DNA of 64,000 nucleotides from Candidatus Bathyarchaeota archaeon (GCA_963733055.1 CAVTBR010000003.1:224001-288000); one strand, 5' to 3'. Counted from the first letter of the stretch, positions 38,040 through 47,467 are shown. Notes: generated by a model from the letters alone, not told the origin. Numbers and translations are program-made.

Positions 38040-39914
38040 CTAAGCCACCAACGCCTCAACCTGAAGCTTGGCGGCATCGACATGCTCGCTTTCAATGAAG
38101 ATTTTGTGCCAGAAATGAAAGCCCAGTAGTTGCCAGAGAAGGACTTGCAATCGCCGATCCCTGACCGTCCCAGTCGTCTCCTCGATGATATGCTGGACCG
38201 TTTTCGTTTTGAAGTATCTGGGGAGGACATCTGAATCGGGTAGGATTTGGCGAATCAGTTCTCCTAATTCCCCGTTATACCATGCGCGTACGTCCACGCT
38301 GAATCCCCATTTTGGTTTGCGCATACTCTCCTCAGGAAGCACCTTCCGGACAACTTTCCTTAACAGCAATTTACCAAATGTCCCGGGGGCAAATTTCAGC
38401 TTCCAAGGGATCGCAGTCATTAGATCCACGATTCTGTTATCCAGTAGGGGAACTCTAAGTTCAAGTGAACTTGCCATACTCATTGAATCGTCGACCGCCA
38501 GCAGATCATCGACCAGCTTCGTGCGCAGCTCGGCATTCATAACGCCCTGAACGAAATCGACCCCTTCAAAGAACGATGCGTAATGCTCCTCTAGATTGGG
38601 GACTGAATCCCTTTCCTTGAATAACTTCTCGTCAAAAGAATCGGGAAGTGTTCCCGCCAGAATCAAGTATTCGCCCGCATTATCGCCGAGCGATTGTAGA
38701 ACCCTGAAACGGTTTTGTGTCTTGATGCCTAGCGGTATCGCCTGTATGAGACGGCTTGGCACTCTTAACGCCCCTCCAATTCCTTTTCTAGAAAGTTCTT
38801 GGATTCTCAGGGCATTCTGGTACCTGGAGTAGTACCCGCCGAAGACTTCGTCTCCCCCGTTTCCGCTCAGGCACACTTTCACGTATTTGTGGACCAGTTC
38901 GCACACGAACCATGGGTATAGATTGTATTTGGGTGCTTCCATGTGCCAAATCATTTTTGGATACAGTTTCATGGCCTGCGAGCTGTCGACTGTGATTTCA
39001 TGGTGGTCTGTTCCGAAATGTTCCGCGATCAGTCTCGCGTCCCTGAACTCGTCGGTTTCTTCTCCGAAGCCCATGCAGAAAGTCTTCAACGGTTCACGTG
39101 ATGCCTTTGCGGCATAAGCAACCAGCGCGGAAGTGTCCAATCCCCCGGAGAGGAAACAGCCAACGGGCACATCCGCGACGAGCTGGTCGCGCACAGATTC
39201 TGCGAGTGCGATTTGAAGCTCCTCCACCAACTGATCTTCATTGGCTGAAGCTTCGATTGATGGAATTGTCCAGTAGTGCTCAATCCTGACCGACTTGTTT
39301 TGGTAGACGAGATAACTGGACGGGGGCAGTTTTCGTATGCCTTGAAGTAGTGTCCGATCCCCTGGTATGTATCCTAGATTGAGGATTGTGTACAGAGACT
39401 GACGGTCTACCGTTCGATCAACGGGGGCTTGCAGAATGGCTTTCATTTCAGAGGCGAAGAGCAACACCTCGCTCTTGAGAAGGTAGTAAAGTGGCTTGAT
39501 GCCCATACGGTCCCGTGCAAGGATCAGCATGTTCTTGGTTGAATCCCACAACGCGATTGCGAACATGCCATTGAGTTTACTTACGAAAGACTCTCCGTAC
39601 TGCTCGTAACCGTGGACAATCACCTCCGTATCTGATTGGGTTCTGAATTCGTGACCTAACTGCTGGAGTTCCAGCCGTAGCTGGCGGTAGTTGTAGATTT
39701 CACCGTTGTAGGTTACATGCACGGTTCCGTTCTCGTTGTGGATAGGTTGGTGTCCGCCCTCGATGTCGATTATGCTTAGGCGGGCGTTAGCCAGTCCAAC
39801 GCTACTGTCCAGGTAGAAGCCAGTATCGTCTGGCCCACGATGGTGTAGGACTTCGATCATGCGGCGGAGAAGAGCCTCATCGTTGAGGCCGGAAAAGCCA
39901 GCTATGCCACACGT
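38040..39914 (-). CDS. asnB: Asparagine synthase family amidotransferase, paralog 2; start codon reads ACG
   Basis: ACG-TGT-GGC-ATA-GCT-GGC (x-CGIAG) 8 nt after GGAGG; HRGPDD, NGEIYN, LSGGLD, GGDEVF. Confidence 0.88.
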   Translation of the reverse strand, partial: TCGIAGFSGLNDEALLRRMIEVLHHRGPDDTGFYLDSSVGLANARLSIIDIEGGHQPIHNENGTVHVTYNGEIYNYRQLRLELQQLGHEFRTQSDTEVIVHGYEQYGESFVSKLNGMFAIALWDSTKNMLILARDRMGIKPLYYLLKSEVLLFASEMKAILQAPVDRTVDRQSLYTILNLGYIPGDRTLLQGIRKLPPSSYLVYQNKSVRIEHYWTIPSIEASANEDQLVEELQIALAESVRDQLVADVPVGCFLSGGLDTSALVAYAAKASREPLKTFCMGFGEETDEFRDARLIAEHFGTDHHEITVDSSQAMKLYPKMIWHMEAPKYNLYPWFVCELVHKYVKVCLSGNGGDEVFGGYYSRYQNALRIQELSRKGIGGALRVPSRLIQAIPLGIKTQNRFRVLQSLGDNAGEYLILAGTLPDSFDEKLFKERDSVPNLEEHYASFFEGVDFVQGVMNAELRTKLVDDLLAVDDSMSMASSLELRVPLLDNRIVDLMTAIPWKLKFAPGTFGKLLLRKVVRKVLPEESMRKPKWGFSVDVRAWYNGELGELIRQILPDSDVLPRYFKTKTVQHIIEETTGTVRDRRLQVLLWQLLGFHFWHKIFIESEHVDAAKLQVEALVA

Positions 39915-40129
39915 GGGTATTGCCTCCTTAGACAGGTTTGAGTCTTTGAGAGGGTGTGGGCTTTATCAAATTCTTGGTTCCGTGAACAGCAGTCTGAGAT
40001 ACCGTATTCGTTGCTAAGAGACAGTATTGGCTGGGAAATCAGCGAGTATCCATGAGGATCACTCGTAGAATCAGCCTCAACTCTCTGGGCGTCCCTTGTT
40101 TCTCTCCGGTTTAGCCTGCAAGGATCAAT

Positions 40130-41710
40130 CTATCGAGCTATGACCCTTGCTGGCGACGCTTTCGCCTCAGCTGCTTTCAGCAATGCTTTCGTTCGGAAGA
40201 CGGGCCTGTAGACGGGTCCGTAGATTATCAGGCCGGATTTGCCTTCATCATCTAACCGTCTGATGACCGTTTCGAGTTCCATTCCCGGTTTCAGTTCGCT
40301 CGCCATCGCGTCGACTATGAGCACTTTCCCTTGTTTCAGAAGTTCGAAGTTCGATTCGAATCGTTCTCGCATTGTGGGTTTGTCGATGGAGAGGAGTCGT
40401 GCGTTGAGCGGCATCGTATGCTGTTCGACTGGTCCCTTGCAATCAAATTCTAAGCACCTGTCTCTCGTTGGATAGAACACGCGGCCGCAGCCATTGCAGA
40501 GAGTATAGGTTATGGAGTTGCCGTTGTATGGTTCGACTTCGGCGATTATTCGTGGTATTTCTAATTTGCTCCTTATCGAGTGTTGCTTGAACCGGATTAA
40601 CCTGCGGTACGACTCTAAGCTGATGTCGCGCCTCCTATTCAGATAGTCCTTGACGCTGGGAGTTCTACCCCTCTTCCTCAGGATTGCATCCTCAACGTGC
40701 AACCACGTCGCGATAGTATACGCGCCTGAACCGTAAGACACAGCTAGAACATCTTCCCCGGGCTTAGCGTGGTCAAGGATGTCGCAGGTCGCGATTAGCG
40801 TGGAAGCCGCGTATGTGTTCCCCGTATCGAGCACCCTGAGCCAGGGTCGTATTCTTTCCTCAATGAATTCAGGCGTCAACCTGATGCGATCTTCAAGTTC
40901 CGGGTAGTCGAGTATGGGGATCTTTTCTTGTGCTAGAGTCTTGCATGTTTTCATAGGCATGTATCCGGATGGTTGATGGAAGGTGACGTAATCGAAGTCT
41001 TGCAGCGAAATTTCTGGGTGTTTCATGAGCAAGCCTTCGATGGCCCCAATCACATGTTTGATGTACGCCTCAACCGTGGTTCTACCGAAGTGGCTCGGGA
41101 CATGAACTCCATCCCTTCGCCAGAAGTCAAGTGTTAAGCTCGAATAAGCGGCGGTGTCCTCGATCGTGGCTACTCGATCAGCACTGCCGAGAAGAAATGC
41201 ACCCGCCCCAGCGCCACACGCGTACTCTAATGGGTCGCCTACTGGGGCTTGAGCGACATCGGAGCCAACTGCTAGCCCATACTTGATTCTGCCGCTCAGG
41301 ATTTGACTTTCCACAAATGAGGTCGATTGCATGCCAGAGTTGCAAGCCCCTTCTAGGTCTGCGATGTATACGCGGTTCCCCATTCCAAGGAATGATGCAA
41401 CATGGCGTGCTATCGTGCCCACTGCGTAGGGTTTCGATTCGGACCCGACGGCCACGGTTTCAATCTCGCTTGGATCTACTCCGGCCATATCTACTGCGTT
41501 CTGCGCGGCTTCAGTTGCAATCGTGATCGAGTCTTCCGATATGCCCGCCACCGATTTGTCGCGAAGGAGGAGACCATTCTTTACTTTCTCAAGAAATTCA
41601 GGGAGGTCTTCTCGCTTGCCCTCCCTTTCCCTAACGATGAGTTCGCTTTGGATACGTTGCAGGGGAACGTAAGCGCCGTATCCTACTATTCCGACCCTGT
41701 CGTTCGCCAT
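40130..41710 (-). CDS. Archaeal HMG-CoA synthase fused to a DUF35-like Zn-ribbon/OB domain
   Basis: GSESKPYAV, EGACNSG, DFWRRDG, FHQP, GNTY, VSYGSGA; C-terminal CNGCGRVFYPTRDRC...GMELETVIRRL...GLIIYG. Confidence 0.88.
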   Translation of the reverse strand: MANDRVGIVGYGAYVPLQRIQSELIVREREGKREDLPEFLEKVKNGLLLRDKSVAGISEDSITIATEAAQNAVDMAGVDPSEIETVAVGSESKPYAVGTIARHVASFLGMGNRVYIADLEGACNSGMQSTSFVESQILSGRIKYGLAVGSDVAQAPVGDPLEYACGAGAGAFLLGSADRVATIEDTAAYSSLTLDFWRRDGVHVPSHFGRTTVEAYIKHVIGAIEGLLMKHPEISLQDFDYVTFHQPSGYMPMKTCKTLAQEKIPILDYPELEDRIRLTPEFIEERIRPWLRVLDTGNTYAASTLIATCDILDHAKPGEDVLAVSYGSGAYTIATWLHVEDAILRKRGRTPSVKDYLNRRRDISLESYRRLIRFKQHSIRSKLEIPRIIAEVEPYNGNSITYTLCNGCGRVFYPTRDRCLEFDCKGPVEQHTMPLNARLLSIDKPTMRERFESNFELLKQGKVLIVDAMASELKPGMELETVIRRLDDEGKSGLIIYGPVYRPVFRTKALLKAAEAKASPARVIAR

Positions 41711-41816
41711 GGAAAACTCCTCTAGTTGCGAGGGTTAAAAGTATGGTAGCCGGATGGCGTCCGTATTTAAGAGGACATTGCCAAGGTCAAATTGAAGTGC
41801 AACATCCTCAAGACCT

Positions 41817-42128
41817 CTATTGTCTCACTCCGCACAAATCACAGAAGATCGCCGCTGCAGGAATCTCGGCCTGGCAATCTCTGCATCTCTTCGTGACGAC
41901 GGTGGTCACTACGGTATCCGTAACCTCTACAGGAGACGCGAGCGTGAGGGGAGGCGCATTCAATCTGAGAGGTGGCGGGTTCTTGAGGTTGTTCTCCCTG
42001 ATGTACTTGTGGAGTCCCTTGGATAGCTGGGCATAACTTACGTGATCTCCCTCCGTTACACCTAACATTGTTGCCAGTATCTTATCCGCGTAAACTGACT
42101 TCTTGGTAAGCCCATTCAAGTCAGACAC
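41817..42128 (-). CDS. SWIB/MDM2-like domain plus zinc ribbon protein
   Basis: LATMLG...SYAQLSKGLHKYIRENNLKNP; CRDC-x10-CDLC. Confidence 0.65.
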   Translation of the reverse strand: MSDLNGLTKKSVYADKILATMLGVTEGDHVSYAQLSKGLHKYIRENNLKNPPPLRLNAPPLTLASPVEVTDTVVTTVVTKRCRDCQAEIPAAAIFCDLCGVRQ

Positions 42129-42222
42129 GTCAAAAGTTTAGGTTTGCGGCGGTAATTAGTACTTTCGACCGATTCCGACATCTTATCTTCGCATACACGG
42201 TCGTTGAGGTAGACGGACCAGT

Positions 42223-42783
42223 TTAAGACCAAGGGATCGGGGGTTTTCTAACCAATCCGTAGGCGAGAAGGACTATCCCTACTACGCTGAGGCCCCAACC
42301 CACGTAGGGTGTTCTCGGGTCTGGTTGTCGACTAGTCGACACCTCATTGTAACTTACCGATAATGTCACATATTTCTTGAAGAGAGAGGCTCTGTTGTCG
42401 AAGACGAAGTGGTACACGCCGGCGTTGTTCGAGTTGAAGGTGAAGTTGGAGTGCCCCTGTTCATCTCCGGAAAATACGAAGCTTGACTGTTGGCCCGCGG
42501 CCCAATTCTGGTAATTGGTGCTGTCGAAAACTAGGAATTGAACATCGCTTGAACTATTTGAGGGGGCTTGGGTAACGTCGACCGTGCCGAAAACGGTTAC
42601 GCCGGCAGGTAATGAGTATGGCCTGTCCGCTACATCGCCCACTAAGAATCCAGCTCGCGATTCCACATCGTGCCTCTGCACGATCTGAACTTCGACGGTA
42701 ATGTATTGACCGGCAATGGTAAGCACCAGGATGCCCGCAAGAAGGAGGATGGCCCCGATTAGGGTCGTTTTCAGTAGAACCAT
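42223..42783 (-). CDS. Membrane-anchored emp24/GOLD-like beta-sandwich protein
   Basis: N- and C-terminal TMs; GVYHFVFDNRASLFKKYVTL. Confidence 0.65.
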   Translation of the reverse strand: MVLLKTTLIGAILLLAGILVLTIAGQYITVEVQIVQRHDVESRAGFLVGDVADRPYSLPAGVTVFGTVDVTQAPSNSSSDVQFLVFDSTNYQNWAAGQQSSFVFSGDEQGHSNFTFNSNNAGVYHFVFDNRASLFKKYVTLSVSYNEVSTSRQPDPRTPYVGWGLSVVGIVLLAYGLVRKPPIPWS

Positions 42784-42903
42784 TCTGTAATCGCTAAGAA
42801 TCAGCCATAGGGACCCATGTTATCTGGTTTGGAAACGCCATTGCGTCCAATTGAACGACGTACCGCAAATCAGATTTATGTGAATGTGTTTCTGGCCGAG
42901 CAG

Positions 42904-43278
42904 ATGGTTTCCATGCCAAAAGACCCAAGCAAATCCCTGCCCGTGGAACAGTTCATCAGTTTACAGGTAATCGACACAAAGGGTTCGCTGGTTGGGACTG
43001 TGAAAGACATCTTGGTAGATTTCGCGAATAGAGAGATCTCAATTCGAGTCTCGACGAAGAATAAGGGAGATATGGACTTCGGGTGGGACGATGTGCAATC
43101 TGTTGAAGATGTTGTCCTACTCAAGAAGGAGGTCGATATCTCATCCCAGGAAGAAACAGAGGCGGATGCTACTAAGGCGCGGACAGTTAAGGCGGCCTTA
43201 ATTTGCCCCAACTGTGGCGCGTCGATGCCGGCACGGGCGAAGTTCTGTTCAAAGTGCGGGTCGGACCTTACGTCGTAA
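42904..43278 (+). CDS. PRC-barrel plus zinc ribbon protein
   Basis: QVIDTKGSLVGTVKDILVD...WDDVQSVEDVVLL; CPNC-x10-CSKC. Confidence 0.8.
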   Translation: MVSMPKDPSKSLPVEQFISLQVIDTKGSLVGTVKDILVDFANREISIRVSTKNKGDMDFGWDDVQSVEDVVLLKKEVDISSQEETEADATKARTVKAALICPNCGASMPARAKFCSKCGSDLTS

Positions 43279-44149
43279 GCAAGGGTTGCTTCGGTTTCGC
43301 CTTGCTACCATGGGCCTCGATATCTTGGAGTGATTGAAGCTCCTTTATTCCTCTGAGCTTATGCCGAATCAGAGTGTTCTCCAATTCCTCCTTCAACAGA
43401 TGCAATATGTCCTTGTGCATGTGAACGAACATGGAGTGGGTTCGATCCCTTGGACGATCTAAGGATACGGGCATGACTTTCTTGACTCTCGCTGGCCTTG
43501 AGGATAGGACGACGACTTTGTCCGCCATCTCAATGGCTTCGGAAAGGTTGTGAGTGACAAGAACGAACGTCTTCCCGGTTTGCTTGTGTATATCGGTTAC
43601 TTCTTCACGAAGCACTTCAGCGGTAACTTCGTCGATTGCGCTGAACGCTTCATCCATTAGAACGACCTCAGGTTCGACTGCAAGTGCGCGTGCGATTCCG
43701 ACGCGTTGCCTCATTCCGCCGGATAGTTGCTTAGGGTACATGTGTTCGTATCCCCCGAGACCCACCATCTCTAGGTATTGCTCCGACAATTCTCGTCGTT
43801 CCTTTTTTGGCACCTTCTGCATTTCCAACCCATATTCGACGTTCTCCAAAACGTTTCTCCACGGGAACAAGCCGAAGGCCTGAAAGACCATGCTGATCTT
43901 TTCATGTGGGCCTCGAACGGCTCCACCGTTAAAGCGAACTTCTCCCGACGAAGGTCTATCTAGTCCGGCAATGATCTTTAGCAAAGTTGACTTTCCGCAC
44001 CCGCTAGGGCCGACGATGGATACGAATTCTCCAAGACCGATACCGAAACTCACTTCGTGCAGTGCGTGCAGTTTTCTTTCAACGTCGTAGAATTTGCTGA
44101 CGTTGTCTAATTCGACGTGATTATCCATTATGCCCACTTCTTCGCCCAT
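43268..44149 (-). CDS. ABC transporter ATP-binding protein, NitT/TauT family
   Basis: GPSGCGKST, LSGGMRQRV, LMDEAF. Confidence 0.92.
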   Translation of the reverse strand: MGEEVGIMDNHVELDNVSKFYDVERKLHALHEVSFGIGLGEFVSIVGPSGCGKSTLLKIIAGLDRPSSGEVRFNGGAVRGPHEKISMVFQAFGLFPWRNVLENVEYGLEMQKVPKKERRELSEQYLEMVGLGGYEHMYPKQLSGGMRQRVGIARALAVEPEVVLMDEAFSAIDEVTAEVLREEVTDIHKQTGKTFVLVTHNLSEAIEMADKVVVLSSRPARVKKVMPVSLDRPRDRTHSMFVHMHKDILHLLKEELENTLIRHKLRGIKELQSLQDIEAHGSKAKPKQPLLTT

Positions 44150-44934
44150 GACTCCAACGAGCCGAAAAACGCCCTATCAACAGCGATCGCCACCAAAGCG
44201 ATTGCCAATATTGCGGCAAATCCGCTCTGCAACGAACCCGACGTGATATTACCGTCGATGAAGTTGCCTACCCCCGCCATTCGCGTGGCGATCTCAATTG
44301 CAATTATGATCTCCCATGCGAAATCGTACGCTAACCTCAACCCGCTGAACATGTGCGGGGAGATGGCGGGTAGAACCATCTTTGTAAAGGTCGAGAGACG
44401 TCCTGATTTGAAGATGGTCGTGACGTCGAACAGCTCGCGCGGAATATTCCTGGTTCCCTCGCGCACAGTGAAGTAGATCGGAAAGAAACCGGCTGTCGAC
44501 GCCATTATCACAGCAGCGACGTTGCCTGGGCCGAACCACAGTACGAGGAGCGGCAGAAAGGATAGATCCGGAAGCGCACCGAAGAGCATGATCAGCGGCG
44601 TGAAGGTTAGATCAAACTTATGCTTGCTGCCGGCCGCGAAAGCCAGTGGAAGAGCGATAGCGAATCCTAGGAGAAGCCCGAAGACTAGATTCAGAAAGCT
44701 GTGGGCTATTCGAAACAGAAACGTTTCGCTCTGAATGGATGAAATGAAGACAACTAGCACGCTGGAAAATGTCGGCAGACTATTTCTGGGTACAAGGCCA
44801 AGCCTGGTCGTTAGTTCCCACACCGTAAAACCCAATGCGAGCGGTGCGACCCACAGATAATTTGAAAATCTGTTACCTCCAAACACCGATGCAGTCAGGG
44901 ATAGCGCGAGGGCCTTCTGTTTCTCTACAGACAC
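44128..44934 (-). CDS. ABC transporter permease, NitT/TauT (SsuC/TauC) family
   Basis: WE....G..P...LP, FFPIYF...G...IP, VLPAISP...SGLRLA. Confidence 0.88.
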   Translation of the reverse strand: MSVEKQKALALSLTASVFGGNRFSNYLWVAPLALGFTVWELTTRLGLVPRNSLPTFSSVLVVFISSIQSETFLFRIAHSFLNLVFGLLLGFAIALPLAFAAGSKHKFDLTFTPLIMLFGALPDLSFLPLLVLWFGPGNVAAVIMASTAGFFPIYFTVREGTRNIPRELFDVTTIFKSGRLSTFTKMVLPAISPHMFSGLRLAYDFAWEIIIAIEIATRMAGVGNFIDGNITSGSLQSGFAAILAIALVAIAVDRAFFGSLESWAKKWA

Positions 44935-45293
44935 TTGATTGCGACCTCAGAATGCGATAAGCAAGTAGATGTCATGCTAACTGTCAAATTAAGGTTGGAA
45001 CGTTTTCTTTACGCAACTTGCTTCGAAAATGTGTCGTACCGACGAAATAATCTCGTTGAAAATCAACCGCAAATCGTTAATTGAAAACGATGACCATGAA
45101 GTGATTTACAGTCGGGTGTTAACAATAGTCCTCGTTGTGAAGCTGGGAACGCGTATTCCCGAGCTTCACCTACTTTTCTATGTGCAGCATCGCACATTCT
45201 TAATAGAAGATAGGCATATTCCTCGTTGCGAGTTGTGGAAACATAGAGAATAGTCGGCGGATCGACAAAGAAACATTAAGCGTTGATTAATCC

Positions 45294-46070
45294 TTGGGCG
45301 AATTCACAACATTTCCAGAATTCGAGAAGGAGATTCGACGAATAATCTTCGAAGCCGAAAACCGAAAGATCCCACTCCGGATCATGGGTGGAGCCGCCAT
45401 ACGAATGCACTGCCCCGACCACAAAGACTTGTACGACCGACTCAAACGCACACCCAAACACGACATGGATTTCGTTACATACAGCAAATATCGGCCTCTA
45501 ACGAAGAAATTGTTCACGGACTTTGGGTACGAACCTTACATCTCCATGGCGCTCACCGGCGCGACTGGGATGCATAGACAAATCTTCAACGATAAGGAAG
45601 GAAACAGGGCCATAGACGTCTTCCTGGACAAGCTGCAAATGTCTCACGTGATTGACTTTACCGGCAGGCTTCAGGTTGATTCGCCCACTGTGCCATTGGC
45701 AGAGCTTCTGCTGCAGAAGCTTCAGATTGTTCAGACGAACGAGAAAGACATCCAAGATGCGATAATACTTCTGAGCGAACACGACGTCGGGAATGGAGAT
45801 GCGGAGCAAGTAAATGGGGAATACATCGCTGAGATCTTGGGTAATGAATGGGGGTTCAACTATACGGTATCAGAGAACCTCGCGAAACTAAAGGAGTTCC
45901 TGGGCAAGTACAACCTCAGCAAGAAAGACAGCGAGGCGGTTTCACTAAGCATTGATAGGCTCAAAGCTATGGCCGAGAAGCAACCGAAAACCCTGAGATG
46001 GAAGCTGCGCGCTAAAGTCGGAACTTCGACCAAATGGTATAATGACGTTGAGGAAGTCCAACGCGGCTAA
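45294..46070 (+). CDS. Conserved hypothetical nucleotidyltransferase-fold protein
   Basis: LRIMGGAAI...HDMDF (GG..DxD), IDVFLD, LLLQKLQIV..NEKD..D. Confidence 0.65.
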   Translation: MGEFTTFPEFEKEIRRIIFEAENRKIPLRIMGGAAIRMHCPDHKDLYDRLKRTPKHDMDFVTYSKYRPLTKKLFTDFGYEPYISMALTGATGMHRQIFNDKEGNRAIDVFLDKLQMSHVIDFTGRLQVDSPTVPLAELLLQKLQIVQTNEKDIQDAIILLSEHDVGNGDAEQVNGEYIAEILGNEWGFNYTVSENLAKLKEFLGKYNLSKKDSEAVSLSIDRLKAMAEKQPKTLRWKLRAKVGTSTKWYNDVEEVQRG

Positions 46071-46104
46071 CCAAGATCGGAGATTCCTTGGTTCCCTGAA
46101 TCGA

Positions 46105-46323
46105 TTACCGTCGCATCAGGAACAGAACAAGGAAGAGTACAGGGAACATTATCAACATCGGAATTAACAGCTGGTACTTTCGTTTCTTTTCCAAGCGCTT
46201 GAATTGGTCTTCACAATCTGAGCTGCAAAACTCCTTCTCAACAGCGATAGGGGTGGAGCAGACGATGCAGTGCCTGTGGCGAGGGACGCTGACTTTTTCG
46301 GCTTGCTTGAGGTACTTTGACAT
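46105..46323 (-). CDS. DUF2116-type Zn-ribbon membrane protein
   Basis: PRHRHCIVCSTPI....FCSSDC plus C-terminal TM. Confidence 0.8.
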   Translation of the reverse strand: MSKYLKQAEKVSVPRHRHCIVCSTPIAVEKEFCSSDCEDQFKRLEKKRKYQLLIPMLIMFPVLFLVLFLMRR

Positions 46324-46400
46324 CGGGTTCTTATTGTAGACGATTTCGATTCGCTAATAAACTATCGCTTACTCTTGCATGACCAATTCGGTTTCCGGCT

Positions 46401-46580
46401 CTATTCCGGTGAATCCCTTCGTCTTCTCCACAGCTTGCCTTCGTCCTCCGCGATTCCGGCGTGGCGGAGTTCGGACGCCATGTGCGTTGGATAATCCTCC
46501 GTACAGAATAGGTTGTTGCAATACTCGCACTTTTCGAGTTTTGGAAATTCCCTGCCACACGTTGCGCATTTAGGCAACAT
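46401..46580 (-). CDS. 59-aa AN1-like zinc-finger microprotein (below the ORF-track cutoff)
   Basis: MLPKCATCGREFPKLEKCEYCNNLFCTEDYPTH...WRRRRDSPE*. Confidence 0.75.
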   Translation of the reverse strand: MLPKCATCGREFPKLEKCEYCNNLFCTEDYPTHMASELRHAGIAEDEGKLWRRRRDSPE

Positions 46581-46664
46581 TTACCACGTCAACAATCAAA
46601 GAAGGTGCCAAGATTAAAAGTGAGAAGTAGGGACATACTTCCCGCCGCCAGGGAGCCTCACTTT

Positions 46665-47456
46665 GTGAAATGTGCTACGTGTGGGTCAGAAGTCGATCTT
46701 CCGTTCAAATGCAACTATTGCGGAAACTATTACTGCCCAGACCACAGGCTGCCCGAGAACCATGACTGCAGCGAAAACTGGCGTGTCAAAGCCCTCAAAT
46801 CCGCCCGAGCGATGACCGGCCCTATTCAAGTGGGTACCGGTGCCCGTAGCATGCTATTGCCACTCCGAACCCGTAGTCTTCGATTCAGCCCCACCGAAAT
46901 ACGACACCTACTCCTTGGGACAGTCTTGGTGACCGCCGCGGGCGTTTCATTTCTAATGGGCAATTCGTTCTCGCTACTTGCCTTGGTCGTGGCGACAGTG
47001 ATATTCGCTATGGGATTCATTCTGCATGAACTCGCTCACAAGTATGTGGCGCAACGGTATGGGCTGTGGGCTGAGTTCCGCGTCAACACCATGGGGGTAC
47101 TATTGACTGCGATCTCCATCGTCTCCCCCCTCAAGTTCATTGCGCCTGGGGCGGTGGTGATCTCTGGATTTGCCGACAAGGATCGAATGGGCTTGACAGC
47201 AATCGCTGGACCAATCGTCAATGTCGTAATTACATTGAGCATTCTTGTCACTGTTCCCGTGCTTGGCCACACGTCAATTGGTTTGGCTGTCCTTTATGGC
47301 GCGGCGATCAACGCTTTCCTCGCATTGTTCAATATGATTCCGTTCGCGATTTTTGATGGACGGAAAGTGTACGCGTGGAATCGACGCTACTGGGCTATAC
47401 TGTTCATCGTCGCGTTGGCGCTCACTGCGTATACGTATATTTTGCTGGGACTGTAA
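46665..47456 (+). CDS. AN1 zinc finger fused to M50 (site-2 protease) intramembrane metalloprotease
   Basis: CATC...LPFKCNYCGNYYCPDHRLPENHDC; HELAH, AGPIVN, FNMIPFAIFDG. Confidence 0.88.
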   Translation: MKCATCGSEVDLPFKCNYCGNYYCPDHRLPENHDCSENWRVKALKSARAMTGPIQVGTGARSMLLPLRTRSLRFSPTEIRHLLLGTVLVTAAGVSFLMGNSFSLLALVVATVIFAMGFILHELAHKYVAQRYGLWAEFRVNTMGVLLTAISIVSPLKFIAPGAVVISGFADKDRMGLTAIAGPIVNVVITLSILVTVPVLGHTSIGLAVLYGAAINAFLALFNMIPFAIFDGRKVYAWNRRYWAILFIVALALTAYTYILLGL

Positions 47457-47467
47457 TGGAACCTTGG

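Noticed and set aside
45029-45253. 74-aa ORF in an AT-rich divergent intergenic gap
   Set aside because: No motif and no SD; more likely promoter region
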